DNA from: an uncultured Bifidobacterium sp.
GTDB taxonomy: Bacteria > Verrucomicrobiota > Verrucomicrobiia > Limisphaerales > JADLHS01
Length of the DNA stretch: 54,513 nt
Direction of reading: 5' to 3'
Assembly: GCA_964355895.1 (NCBI GenBank)
Contig: CAYHFK010000001.1
Location: 1,588 to 56,100, forward strand
Position 1 is the first letter of the stretch, and every line of letters starts with the position of its first letter. The translations under genes were made by a program, and so were the position numbers. Of the stretch, positions 26,550 to 36,037 are shown piece after piece. The notes beneath the pieces are model-generated. The model saw only the letters and a program-made list of their open reading frames with translations, was not told where the DNA came from and ran no database searches.

Positions 26550-27030
26550 GGTAGGCTTGGCCGCCGCTCACCGTTCAGGCCCCGGTTTCCCACTTGGAGA
26601 AAGCTGCCTTCAAGCCCCGTCTGGATTAGCGATCATCTGCGCAGATTAGCTGTTTCATCGGCTCATTCCGGCTCGGATCAGGGGGTGAGGACCGGGAATC
26701 TCAGGTTCGCCGCCTTGTCCCCCGCGCATACCTCAATTGAGGTATTGGCAGCCCGCGCTGAAACATGAGATGTTCACAGACGCATTACTCAGCCCCGCGC
26801 CGTGCCAGCTCTTTGAGAATACCGACGCGGGCCGGTAATGCCGAACACATCACCGTGATGAAAAGCAGCAATCCGGAGTTGAACGACAGCAATGATTGTC
26901 GCTTCGGCCAGCGCCTGCACGGGGCGGCTCGCCGGCAACCGTGTTGGGATTGTTCCCGACCGGAGAAGAATGGACGGAGCAGTTTGAAAGACAAACGACA
27001 GTAACAAAGAAACCCAAAACACCAGAACCC

Positions 27031-30000
27031 ATGAAACGATACCCTTCACTCATCGCTGCCAGCCTGATGCTAGCGGCCCTCGCGCCGTTACAAAGCCGCG
27101 CCGCCGACAACACCTGGAATAACGGTTCGACCGATTTTCTCTGGAATGGAACCAGTTTGAACTGGGCCGCGCCGCCGACCTGGGTTGATGGCGACAACGC
27201 GATCTTTGGGGCCACCGGCGCTGGCACGGTTACCCTCGGCACCGCCATCACGGTCCAGAACCAGACGTTCAACTCCGCAGGCTACACCATGGCTGGTGCG
27301 GGCAATACCCTGACCCTGGCTGGCACGACCCCGACCATCACTGCCAACGCGAGTGTGGCGATCGCCGCGTACCTTGACGGCACCAACGGCCTGACGGTTC
27401 AGGGGACATCCGTCCTAAGCCTCTTGGGCGATCCCGCTGCCGCCGTCGGAAACATCTACACCGGCGGCACCTTCGTGAAGGGCGGCACGCTGGTGCTTCA
27501 GACGAGCAATCTGGTCAGCGGAACGTCTTACGCGGTGGACAGTATTGAAGCGATTGATGCCGGGGCGACCGTGAAGTTTTTCAATGACACTGACGGGGTA
27601 AATAACATCCGAGTCCCCAATGGCCAGATCCCGATCGGCGGCGTCGTCACCACCCACAATTTGAACCTGACCGGCGGCACCTTTGATGTCGCGGGCGACG
27701 ACAATCAGAACCAGGTGCCCATGCCGTCAGGCACAGGCACCATCCTCAACAGTTCCCCGCTCGCCCGCGGTGTGCTGAAGTTTACCGGATACGGCGACAC
27801 CAGAACGTTCTCCGGTCAAATCATGGATGGCGGTCCCGTCACCAACAGCATCATCGCGGGGAAACTCGCCCATCGGACGGATGTCGATTTTCAGAATGGC
27901 TCCGGCACGATCATTCTTGCGGGGTCGAATTCCTTCACCGGCTTCATCCGCATCGGACCCGGCACCGCGACCGTCCAGTTGAGTGGCGCTGGGACGTTGG
28001 GTTATCCCAGCAGTGAAAACTGCCCGCCCCGCCAGGTGCTCCAGAACAACGGCGTCATGGATCTCAACGGCACCAGCCAGAAAACCGGCTTTTATTTCGC
28101 CGGGGCGGCGGCGCAAGTCACCAACAGCGCCGTGGGCACCCTCTCAACGCTCACGCTCTGTTTCAATTGCACCAACCTGACGGCACCGGCGAACAGCGGC
28201 ATCATCTGCAGCCTCCAGGACGATCCCGCCACTTCTGGTCTGATTGGCATCATCAAGGAAGGCCCCGCCCTCCAAAACCTCAACGGCGCGAACAACAACT
28301 ACCATGGTGACACCGTGGTCAACAATGGCACCTTGCGAATAGATCAAGCCGGCGCCATCAGTCCAAACAGCACTTATCGCCTGTCCACGAGTCAGGGAAC
28401 TCTGGAGTTGAACTATGTCGGCGATGCACTCGTGCGCGGACTCGATCTTAACGGAGTTGCAATGCCTGCCGGCACGTACAGCGCCTCGACCGCTCCCATT
28501 ACTGGCACGGGCACCATCACGGTTCCCCCGCCGAACACTTGGAACAATGCCTCGACCGATTTTCTCTGGAACACAACCAGCGCGAACTGGACCTCGCCGA
28601 CGACCTGGGCGGATGGCGGCAATGCGATCTTCGGTGCGACCGGCGCGGGCTTGGTCACGCTCGGCACCCCCGTCACGGCCCACAGTCTGACGTTCAACGC
28701 CGGAGGCTATGTCATCAATGGTGGGGGCAACACCCTGACACTGGTTGACTCGGGCGCGACCATCACTGCCAATGCGAGTAATTCAATCGCCGCCAGCATC
28801 GCCGGCACGGTCGGCCTGACGTTCCAAGGGACTTCCATCCTGGCCCTCGAAGGCGATGCCGGTTCGGCCACCGCCAACACCTACACCGGCGGCACCTATG
28901 TGAGAAGCGGCACTTTGATTCTTCAAGCCGTAGGCACGAGTTCAAGTGGCGCCGCCTACGCCGTGGATAGTATTGAAGCGTTAGACACCGGGGCCACGGT
29001 CAAAATGGGCTCGACCTTCAACGGCACAAGTTGGTCGGGTCCGGCACGGGATCAAATCGCGGCTGCGGTCCTTGGTTCTAAGCTGATAATGACCGGCGGA
29101 ACCTTGGACTTGTACAACGATCCGAAGGCTCAACGCCTCCCCGTCCCGGATGGCACAGGCTTGATCATCAACACTGGACCGGACGTTCAGGCTGGGGTGC
29201 TCATGATTGCTGACGGTCAGAACCATACCTTTTCCGGTGTGATCGCCGACGGCAACGGCGGGGTCCTGATGGGAGGCAACGCCGGGCAAGGTCCAGGCTA
29301 TCAAATCGGTATCGTCAGTTTTGCAGGCTCGAAAAATGGCGGAGGCGGCTTGTGGACGCTCTCCGGCTCCAACACCTACTCGGGCTCGACCCGAATTGAC
29401 CAAGGGGCTAGCATCAAGCTCGAAGGCAATGGAACGATCGGCTTTCCCACGCCCAACGGTCTTACCGGTCCGCTGCGAATCTACGGCTCCGCGGATCCGA
29501 CCAGGGGCTATCTTGATCTCAATGGCCACAACCAAACCATTGCCCTGATGCAGAACGGAAACGCCGATGCAAAAGTCTTCAACAGTGCGGTGGGTACCGT
29601 TTCCACGTTGACCTTCGGATATGGCAATGAGCAAGTCGCTCGCACTGCGTCATTTCAGTTTATGGACAATCAGGGCCCTGGCGGCATCCTCGCGTTGACA
29701 AAAATCGGCACCAACTGCATCCAAACGTTGTCCGGCGTGAACACCTACAGTGGGGATACCACGGTCAGCGAAGGCATCCTGGCCTTTTCCACGACAACGG
29801 CGGTCAGTTCCAACAGCGCAGTGCGCCTTTCCACCAGCGCCACGCTGAGACTGACTTACGACGGCACCGCCAATGTGCGCCAGTTGTGGGTCAACGGCGT
29901 CCAGCAACCCAACGGCGTTTATGGCTCGGGAACTCCCGGAATCGATCCTACCAGCACGGGCACCCTCACCGTCACGGGTTATTCCCCAGTTTCGTTGGGC

Positions 30001-30177
30001 GCTTCGCGATCCAGCAACAACCTCACGTTCTCGTGGGCGGGTGTTTACAAGTTGCAGTCCAAGACCAACAACATCATCGGCACTTGGTATGATTATGCCG
30101 GTGGCGGGCTAAGCCCGGTTAGCGTCCCGATTAATCCAGCGAACGGATCGGTGTACTTCCGTCTGTCGCCCTACTGA
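27031..30177 (+). CDS. autotransporter-associated beta-strand repeat surface protein, internally duplicated
   Basis: ATG 27031 with signal peptide. NTWNNGSTDFLWN..NWAAPPTWVDGDNAIFGATGAGTVTLG recurs as NTWNNASTDFLWN..NWTSPTTWADGGNAIFGATGAGLVTLG. Gly/Thr/Asn-rich beta-helix-like sequence. Confidence 0.85.
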   Translation: MKRYPSLIAASLMLAALAPLQSRAADNTWNNGSTDFLWNGTSLNWAAPPTWVDGDNAIFGATGAGTVTLGTAITVQNQTFNSAGYTMAGAGNTLTLAGTTPTITANASVAIAAYLDGTNGLTVQGTSVLSLLGDPAAAVGNIYTGGTFVKGGTLVLQTSNLVSGTSYAVDSIEAIDAGATVKFFNDTDGVNNIRVPNGQIPIGGVVTTHNLNLTGGTFDVAGDDNQNQVPMPSGTGTILNSSPLARGVLKFTGYGDTRTFSGQIMDGGPVTNSIIAGKLAHRTDVDFQNGSGTIILAGSNSFTGFIRIGPGTATVQLSGAGTLGYPSSENCPPRQVLQNNGVMDLNGTSQKTGFYFAGAAAQVTNSAVGTLSTLTLCFNCTNLTAPANSGIICSLQDDPATSGLIGIIKEGPALQNLNGANNNYHGDTVVNNGTLRIDQAGAISPNSTYRLSTSQGTLELNYVGDALVRGLDLNGVAMPAGTYSASTAPITGTGTITVPPPNTWNNASTDFLWNTTSANWTSPTTWADGGNAIFGATGAGLVTLGTPVTAHSLTFNAGGYVINGGGNTLTLVDSGATITANASNSIAASIAGTVGLTFQGTSILALEGDAGSATANTYTGGTYVRSGTLILQAVGTSSSGAAYAVDSIEALDTGATVKMGSTFNGTSWSGPARDQIAAAVLGSKLIMTGGTLDLYNDPKAQRLPVPDGTGLIINTGPDVQAGVLMIADGQNHTFSGVIADGNGGVLMGGNAGQGPGYQIGIVSFAGSKNGGGGLWTLSGSNTYSGSTRIDQGASIKLEGNGTIGFPTPNGLTGPLRIYGSADPTRGYLDLNGHNQTIALMQNGNADAKVFNSAVGTVSTLTFGYGNEQVARTASFQFMDNQGPGGILALTKIGTNCIQTLSGVNTYSGDTTVSEGILAFSTTTAVSSNSAVRLSTSATLRLTYDGTANVRQLWVNGVQQPNGVYGSGTPGIDPTSTGTLTVTGYSPVSLGASRSSNNLTFSWAGVYKLQSKTNNIIGTWYDYAGGGLSPVSVPINPANGSVYFRLSPY

Positions 30178-30492
30178 TAAAACCGAAGCAGCGGGGGGTG
30201 CCGTGAACCGGCGCTCCCCGCTTTGGATCAGACCCGATCTCCACTCGCGGCCACGGCCGACACCGATTGTCTAAAATCATCACTGACTGGCGCTGTGTGA
30301 TGAAATCGGAGGCCAGCGCCATGAGCTTCACTTGGATTGATTGCTGGCGGTGATCGCCAACATTGCGAGCCAGGCGGCGCAGCGACTGCGGTCAGGCAGA
30401 TAGTTTGGTATCTGACCCATTCGCCTCCTCATGCCGGCATCCACGGTGGGTTTCTAAATCTAAATATCGGCTCCGATTTAGTCCGCTCCTTT

Positions 30493-31917
30493 ATGCGAAA
30501 CGCAAAGCTTTTGATCCTGATGGCGATTGCCCTGGTCGCGCCCGCCCTGATCGCGGAGGAAGGGTGGGTCAATTTGTTCAACGGCCAGGACCTCGCCGGC
30601 TGGGTGCAACGCGGGGGCCGGGCAACGTACGCCGTGGAGAACGACACCCTCGTCGGCACTTCGGTGCTCAACACGCCCAACACCTTTCTCTGCACCGAGA
30701 AGACCTACGGCGACTTCATCCTCGAATACGATTTCAAGGTGGACCCCAGGCTGAACTCCGGCGTGCAGATCCGCAGCGAATGTTTGGACACGCCCAAACA
30801 GGTGGAGTGGAACGGCAAAAAAATTCAAATCCCGGCCGGGCGCGTCCACGGCTATCAGGTGGAGATTGACCCGGATGTACCCCGCAAACGTCTCTGGAGT
30901 GCGGGCCTCTATGATGAATCCCGGCGCGGCTGGCTTTATCCCAGCGATGGCGAAAAGGGCGCGCAAGGCAAGGCGTTCAGCGAACAGGGACTGCGCCTCT
31001 TCAAGCCGCAAGCCTGGAATCACGTTCGCGTCGCGGCCATCGGCGATTCGATCAAGACCTGGCTCAATGGCACGCTCTGCGCGGACATCAAGGACGGGTT
31101 GACGCCGCGCGGGTTTATCGCGTTGCAGGTTCACGGGATCAAGGACGACAAAGCGCGAGCAGGCACGCAGGTCCGCTGGCGGAATCTCCGCATCAAGGAA
31201 GTGGCCCCGCCCACGGCGAGCGCCGGACCGTTGAACACGTTGACCGAATCGGAAAAGGCCGCCGGCTGGCGGTTGCTCTGGGATGGCAAAACCACTGAGG
31301 GTTGGCGCAGCGTTAAGGGCGAGACGTTCCCGGCCAGGAAATGGGAAATCGCGAACGGCGTGCTCACGGTGCGTGAAGCGAACGATCCCCTGTCCGTGGG
31401 CCGCGGCAGCATCATCACGCGCGAACGGTTCACCAGTTTTGAACTCGTTGCCGACTTCCAGCTCACGCCCGGCGCGAACAGCGGCATCAAATATTTCGTC
31501 CAGTCGAACTTGGATCCGGAAAACCAGACCGGCGCCGGTCCGTCCGTGGGCTGCGAGTTCCAAATCCTCGACGACGGACTTCATCCCGACGCCCAGCTGG
31601 GTCGCGACGGCAATCGCACCCTCGGCTCGCTTTACGACTTGATCCCGCCGGCGGCCACCAAGCAGCCGAACCCGGTCGGCGAATGGAACACGGCGCGCAT
31701 TCTTGTGCAGGGAAAACACGTCGAGCACTGGCTCAACGGGCAGAAAGTTGTGGCCTACGAGCGCGGCTCGGCGGCGTTTCGCGCCTGCGTCGCACAGAGC
31801 AAATTCAAGAACATTGCCGACTTCGGCGAATGGCCGGAGGGTCACATTCTCCTGCAAGAACATGGCGACCGGGTTCACTTCCGAAATATAAAAATCCGTG
31901 TCCTGCCGACGAACTGA
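30493..31917 (+). CDS. secreted protein with two DUF1080 (3-keto-disaccharide hydrolase-like) domains
   Basis: ATG 30493 with signal peptide. GWVNLFNGQDLAGW..WRNLRIKE and GWRLLWDGKTTEGW..HFRNIKIRVL. Confidence 0.85.
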   Translation: MRNAKLLILMAIALVAPALIAEEGWVNLFNGQDLAGWVQRGGRATYAVENDTLVGTSVLNTPNTFLCTEKTYGDFILEYDFKVDPRLNSGVQIRSECLDTPKQVEWNGKKIQIPAGRVHGYQVEIDPDVPRKRLWSAGLYDESRRGWLYPSDGEKGAQGKAFSEQGLRLFKPQAWNHVRVAAIGDSIKTWLNGTLCADIKDGLTPRGFIALQVHGIKDDKARAGTQVRWRNLRIKEVAPPTASAGPLNTLTESEKAAGWRLLWDGKTTEGWRSVKGETFPARKWEIANGVLTVREANDPLSVGRGSIITRERFTSFELVADFQLTPGANSGIKYFVQSNLDPENQTGAGPSVGCEFQILDDGLHPDAQLGRDGNRTLGSLYDLIPPAATKQPNPVGEWNTARILVQGKHVEHWLNGQKVVAYERGSAAFRACVAQSKFKNIADFGEWPEGHILLQEHGDRVHFRNIKIRVLPTN

Positions 31918-32238
31918 AGCTTACGAAGACTCAACCCAAAAACATGGCAACCGGGACAGCGACCGTTCATCCACGGCTGGATTGTCGGCTTGGGGGGTGC
32001 ATCTCCTGAGCCGCCTACAGGCGAACTGCCACGCGGAGACGGTTGAATTCATGGACCACTTTGGCCGGCGCTATCAACCGGCGGACCTTAAGATTCGGCG
32101 GGAAGATCTGGTGGCCGCTTTGGGAAACCTGCGTCGCTATCGCGACAACAAGCGCCCGATCCCGCCGGCGTGAATTGAGGAATCGCTCGCGATGCTGATT
32201 TTCTGCGAACCCAAGCCCAAGGCCCGGCTCTATTGAGG

Positions 32239-33216
32239 TCAATGAAACAGAACTTCCGCCGGCACGATCTGCTTCTCGATCTTATCGCTCTTCCACGAGA
32301 ACTTGCAGCCGGCATCAATGTCCTTCTCGAAGAATTCGACCTTGAGCGCGTGATCCCCGGCGGTCAATTGAACCCCGCCGGAGACTTCTTCCATCCCGTG
32401 CGCTCCGCCATTGTCCACCACCTGTTTGCCATCAATGAAAAGCCGCGAGCCGTCATCCGAATCGAGGAAGAAGGTATATTTGCCGTCGGCGGGGACGCGG
32501 ATCGTCCCGGTCCAGCGGATGTAAAAGAAGTCCTTGAAATCAGTTCCGGGCCAGTTGTCCTGCGTGCTTTCGAAATTAATGGTCTTGTCCACGCGCTTGA
32601 GGGCGGGCGCCTTGCTCGCCGGAAAATCGGGGAAATCCTCCGTGCCATCTTCCGTCCGGTAGTACTCCGCCAGCAGTCCCGGCTCGCCACCGGCCGCCTT
32701 GTGGAAGAGGGCGGCGGCCGGAACCACTGCCTTGGCCTGGCCGGCGGTTTCCCAGGACAGGCGGCAGCCCGCGTCTTCCTCGGCGTCGAAAAACTCGACT
32801 TTGATTTCATGGTCGCCGGCCTTGAGTTCGGCGCGACCGGACATTTCCGTCATGTCATGGGTCCCGCCGTGGTCAACGACTTGTTTGCCATCAATGAACA
32901 GTCGCGAGCCGTCGTCCGACTCCAGTTGGAAAGTGTACGCGCCGTCCTTCGGGATGCGGATCATGCCGGTCCAGTTCACATAAAAATTGTCCACCAGCTT
33001 CGTGCCGGGGAACGCCTCCACCGTACTGGCGAAATTGATCTCCTTGTCCAACCGCTCGACGGATGGTTTTTGCCCCGCCGGGATGGTCGGGAAATCATCC
33101 AGCGCGCCTGGCATTTGATAATACCGGCCGACCAGGCCGGGTTGGAGCGCATCGCCGGCGATACCGGTGCCGGTGGTGAGCGCGGCGGCGAGCAGAAACA
33201 CTTTGGTGCGGTTCAT
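32239..33216 (-). CDS. secreted protein with two PA14 domains
   Basis: ATG 33216 with signal peptide. Two copies of GL(V/L)..YY..DFP..INF..W.G.IR(I/V)P.DG.YTF.L(E/D)SDDGSRLFIDGKQVVD..G.H. Confidence 0.88.
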   Translation of the reverse strand: MNRTKVFLLAAALTTGTGIAGDALQPGLVGRYYQMPGALDDFPTIPAGQKPSVERLDKEINFASTVEAFPGTKLVDNFYVNWTGMIRIPKDGAYTFQLESDDGSRLFIDGKQVVDHGGTHDMTEMSGRAELKAGDHEIKVEFFDAEEDAGCRLSWETAGQAKAVVPAAALFHKAAGGEPGLLAEYYRTEDGTEDFPDFPASKAPALKRVDKTINFESTQDNWPGTDFKDFFYIRWTGTIRVPADGKYTFFLDSDDGSRLFIDGKQVVDNGGAHGMEEVSGGVQLTAGDHALKVEFFEKDIDAGCKFSWKSDKIEKQIVPAEVLFH

Positions 33217-33408
33217 GACAGATGATTGAGTTGATGCTTTTAATTTTGCGTCGGGGCGGGGCGCTGGCGTCGCCGTCGGCGGTAATGGCGAATAGATGAC
33301 ACGAATGGCGATAAACGCGCAACAAAGTTCTTGCCGCGTGCGATCCCCGATGCGGGCGCCACTTTTCGGGCATTGCGGGTGGCCCACCGCTTCTGCCAAA
33401 ATCTGGCC

Positions 33409-35007
33409 ATGCAACCTCAGCGCCTCCCCTTCAGTTCCATTCTTGCCCTGCTGTTGGCCGGGGCCTTTGCCACCGCGATCCAAGCCGACCCCCTCACGCT
33501 CCACACGCGCCGCCGGGTTGCGACCGCCGGCGATACCAACGAATGGCAGGCCGTCGAGCAGACCGCCGCGTGGGCCGCCCGCCACAGCGCCATCGTCATC
33601 TGCGACATGTGGGACCAGCACTGGTGTCCCGATGCCACCGAACGCGTCGGCGAAATGGCGCCGCGCATGAACGAAGTCGTCAAAGCCGCGCGGGCGAAGG
33701 GCGTTTTCATCATCCACTGCCCGAGCGACACGCTGAAGTTTTATCAGGACCATCCGGGCCGAAAGCTTGCGCAATCCGCGCCCAAGGTGGAAACCAAGGT
33801 GCCGCTGAAAGGCTGGTGCTCGCTCATTGGCGAAAAGGAGCCGCCGCTGCCGATTGATGATTCGGACGAAGGCTGCGACGGCTGCCCGGACTGCAAGCCG
33901 CACCGTGCCTGGTCCCGCCAGCATCCCGCCATCGAGATCGTGGCGGGGGACGCCATCACCGATTCCGCCGAGGCGTTCCACCTCATGCGCCAGCGCGGCA
34001 TCACGAACGTCATCGTGATGGGTGTTCACGCCAACATGTGCGTACTGGGCCGGCCGTTCTCGATCCGGCAGATGGTCGCGCAGGGCCAGAACGTCCTGCT
34101 CATGCGCGACCTGACCGACGCGATGTATAATCACCGCTCGCGCCCGTGGGTGTCGCACTTCCGCGGCACCGAGTTGGTCGTCGAGCACATCGAGAAATAC
34201 TGGTGCCCGAGCATCACGAGCGCCGACTTTCTCGGCGGCGCGGCGTTTCGCTTCAAAGGCGACGTCAAGAAGCGCATCGCCTTCATCATCGGCGAAAACG
34301 AATATCACACTTGGGAAACATTGCCCGAGTTCGCGAAAAAGGAACTCGCGTGGCGGGGCTACCAGATCACCTTCGTCACCGCGTCGCAAAAAGCCGACGA
34401 CTACGATTTCAAGAATTGGGAGGCCATCCCGAATACCGACCTGCTGGTGCTCAGCGCCCGCCGCCGCGCCGCGCCCAAGCCGATGCTGGACGCCATCCGC
34501 GCGCACCTTGCCGCGGGCAAACCGGTCGTGGGCATCCGGACGGCCAGCCATGCCTTTGATCCGAAGGACACGGACATTCCCGCCGCGCGCACCTGGCGCC
34601 ATTTTGATGCGGAGATTCTCGGCGCGGAGTATCAGAACCATTATGGCGGCGGCTCGGAAACCATCATCCGGCAGATCCCCGAGGCGTCCGGCAATCCCAT
34701 CCTCAACAATGTTCAGCCGGAGTTCGCCTCGAAGGCCTCGCTCTATCGCAGCCGGAATCCGGCGCATACCGTCACCCCGCTGCTCGCCGGCCGGACGGCG
34801 GATGGCAAATCCGAAGTCGAGCCGGTGGCGTGGATCAACACCGGCGAGAACCGGCGGGTGTTCTACACTTCGCTGGGCAGTCCGGATGATTTCGCCGATC
34901 CAAATTTCCGGCGCCTTCTCCTCAACGGGATGCTCTGGACCCTCGGCGATTTCATTCCGCCGGCAAACCCGGGCCGATCCATTAAGCCCGCGCCGGGCGC
35001 CCGATGA
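33409..35007 (+). CDS. isochorismatase-like cysteine hydrolase fused to a ThuA-like domain
   Basis: Signal peptide. AIVICDMWDQHW and NVIVMGVHANMCV (isochorismatase fold, Cys nucleophile). C-terminal IAFIIGENEY..LLVLSARRR..GKPVVGIRTASHAF..RVFYTSLGSPDDF is ThuA-like. Confidence 0.8.
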   Translation: MQPQRLPFSSILALLLAGAFATAIQADPLTLHTRRRVATAGDTNEWQAVEQTAAWAARHSAIVICDMWDQHWCPDATERVGEMAPRMNEVVKAARAKGVFIIHCPSDTLKFYQDHPGRKLAQSAPKVETKVPLKGWCSLIGEKEPPLPIDDSDEGCDGCPDCKPHRAWSRQHPAIEIVAGDAITDSAEAFHLMRQRGITNVIVMGVHANMCVLGRPFSIRQMVAQGQNVLLMRDLTDAMYNHRSRPWVSHFRGTELVVEHIEKYWCPSITSADFLGGAAFRFKGDVKKRIAFIIGENEYHTWETLPEFAKKELAWRGYQITFVTASQKADDYDFKNWEAIPNTDLLVLSARRRAAPKPMLDAIRAHLAAGKPVVGIRTASHAFDPKDTDIPAARTWRHFDAEILGAEYQNHYGGGSETIIRQIPEASGNPILNNVQPEFASKASLYRSRNPAHTVTPLLAGRTADGKSEVEPVAWINTGENRRVFYTSLGSPDDFADPNFRRLLLNGMLWTLGDFIPPANPGRSIKPAPGAR

Positions 35008-35053
35008 ATTTTATCTTCCAACCCGGCCCGGATTTAACTCATCATCACCCAGC

Positions 35054-36016
35054 ATGAAAACCGTTCCGTTCGCTCCCCGGGTGCGCCGCACTCGCCGGCT
35101 CGTTCTTGGCCTCCTTCCACTGCTATTGCTCCCCGCCTGCAATCGCAATGAATCCGGCGGTGCCCCGACCCGGCCGCGCGTGGCGTTGATCATGAAATCG
35201 CTGGCCAATGAATTCTTTCTCACGATGGCCGATGGCGCCCGAAAGCATCAAGCCACGCATGCGGCCGACTATGAACTCATCGTCAACGGCATCAAAAATG
35301 AGACCGATCTGGCGGAGCAGGTGGGCCTCGTCGAGCAGATGGTCGCGCAACAGGTCAACATCATCGTCATTGCGCCCGCTGACTCGAAGGCGCTCGTGCC
35401 GGTCCTCAAACGCGCCCAAGCCGCCGGCGTGCGCGTGGTGAACATTGACAACAAGCTCGACGCCGACGCGTTGAAGGAGGCGGGTTTGACCGTGCCGTTC
35501 GTCGGTCCGGACAATCGCGCCGGCGCGCGCATGGTCGGCGAGGCGGTGGCGAAGAAACTTCCGGCGGGCGCCAAGGTTGCCATCATCGAGGGGCTGACGA
35601 CGGCGTTCAACGGGCAGCAACGCCGCGCGGGGTTCGAGGACGCCATGAAAGCGGCGGGCCTGAACATCGTCAGCGTGCAAAGCGGCCAGTGGGAAATTGA
35701 CAAGGCGAACAACGTGGCCGCGGCGATGTTGAGCGAGCACCCGGACCTGCAGGCGCTGCTCTGCGCCAACGACAGCATGGCGCTCGGCGCCGTGGCGGCG
35801 GTGCAGGCGGCGGGCCGCACGGGTAAAGTGCTCGTGGCCGGTTATGACGGCATTGGCGCCATCCGACCGATGGTCGCGGATGGCCGCGTCACGGCCACTG
35901 CGGATCAACACGCGGATCAACTGGCCGTGTTCGGCATCGAGGCCGCGCTGAAAATTCTCAAAGGCGAAGCCCCGCCCGCCGACCAGACGACGGTGGTGGA
36001 TTTGATCACCCGGTAG
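35054..36016 (+). CDS. sugar ABC transporter substrate-binding lipoprotein (ribose-binding-protein type)
   Basis: Lipobox LLLPAC, then VALIMKSLANEFF..NIIVIAPADS..VVNIDN..VGPDNRAGA..LLCANDSMALGA, typical of the RbsB/PBP type I family. Confidence 0.88.
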   Translation: MKTVPFAPRVRRTRRLVLGLLPLLLLPACNRNESGGAPTRPRVALIMKSLANEFFLTMADGARKHQATHAADYELIVNGIKNETDLAEQVGLVEQMVAQQVNIIVIAPADSKALVPVLKRAQAAGVRVVNIDNKLDADALKEAGLTVPFVGPDNRAGARMVGEAVAKKLPAGAKVAIIEGLTTAFNGQQRRAGFEDAMKAAGLNIVSVQSGQWEIDKANNVAAAMLSEHPDLQALLCANDSMALGAVAAVQAAGRTGKVLVAGYDGIGAIRPMVADGRVTATADQHADQLAVFGIEAALKILKGEAPPADQTTVVDLITR

Positions 36017-36037
36017 CCGGGCCGTTGAGTTTGAAGC

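Noticed and set aside
26896-27030. N-terminal extensions of track ORFs (26896, 30337, 34508, 20495, 50532, 37351, 49161, 51903, 36958, 9176 and others)
   Set aside because: In each case an internal ATG is followed directly by a signal peptide or the family's canonical N-terminus, often with a stop/start overlap to the upstream gene. The extension overlaps the upstream gene or has junk composition.
31898-32173. 91-aa plus-strand ORF between the DUF1080 and PA14 genes
   Set aside because: It overlaps the DUF1080 stop, its first half is low-complexity, and I saw no RBS or start context. The C-terminal ..PADLKIRREDLVAALGNLRRY.. may be a gene remnant, but I cannot support a call.
33217-34767. Upstream 515 codons of the 842-aa minus-strand ORF 32239-34767
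   Set aside because: Only the last 325 codons (from ATG 33216, with a signal peptide and two PA14 domains) are protein-like. The rest is antisense to the isochorismatase-ThuA gene and has shadow-frame composition.
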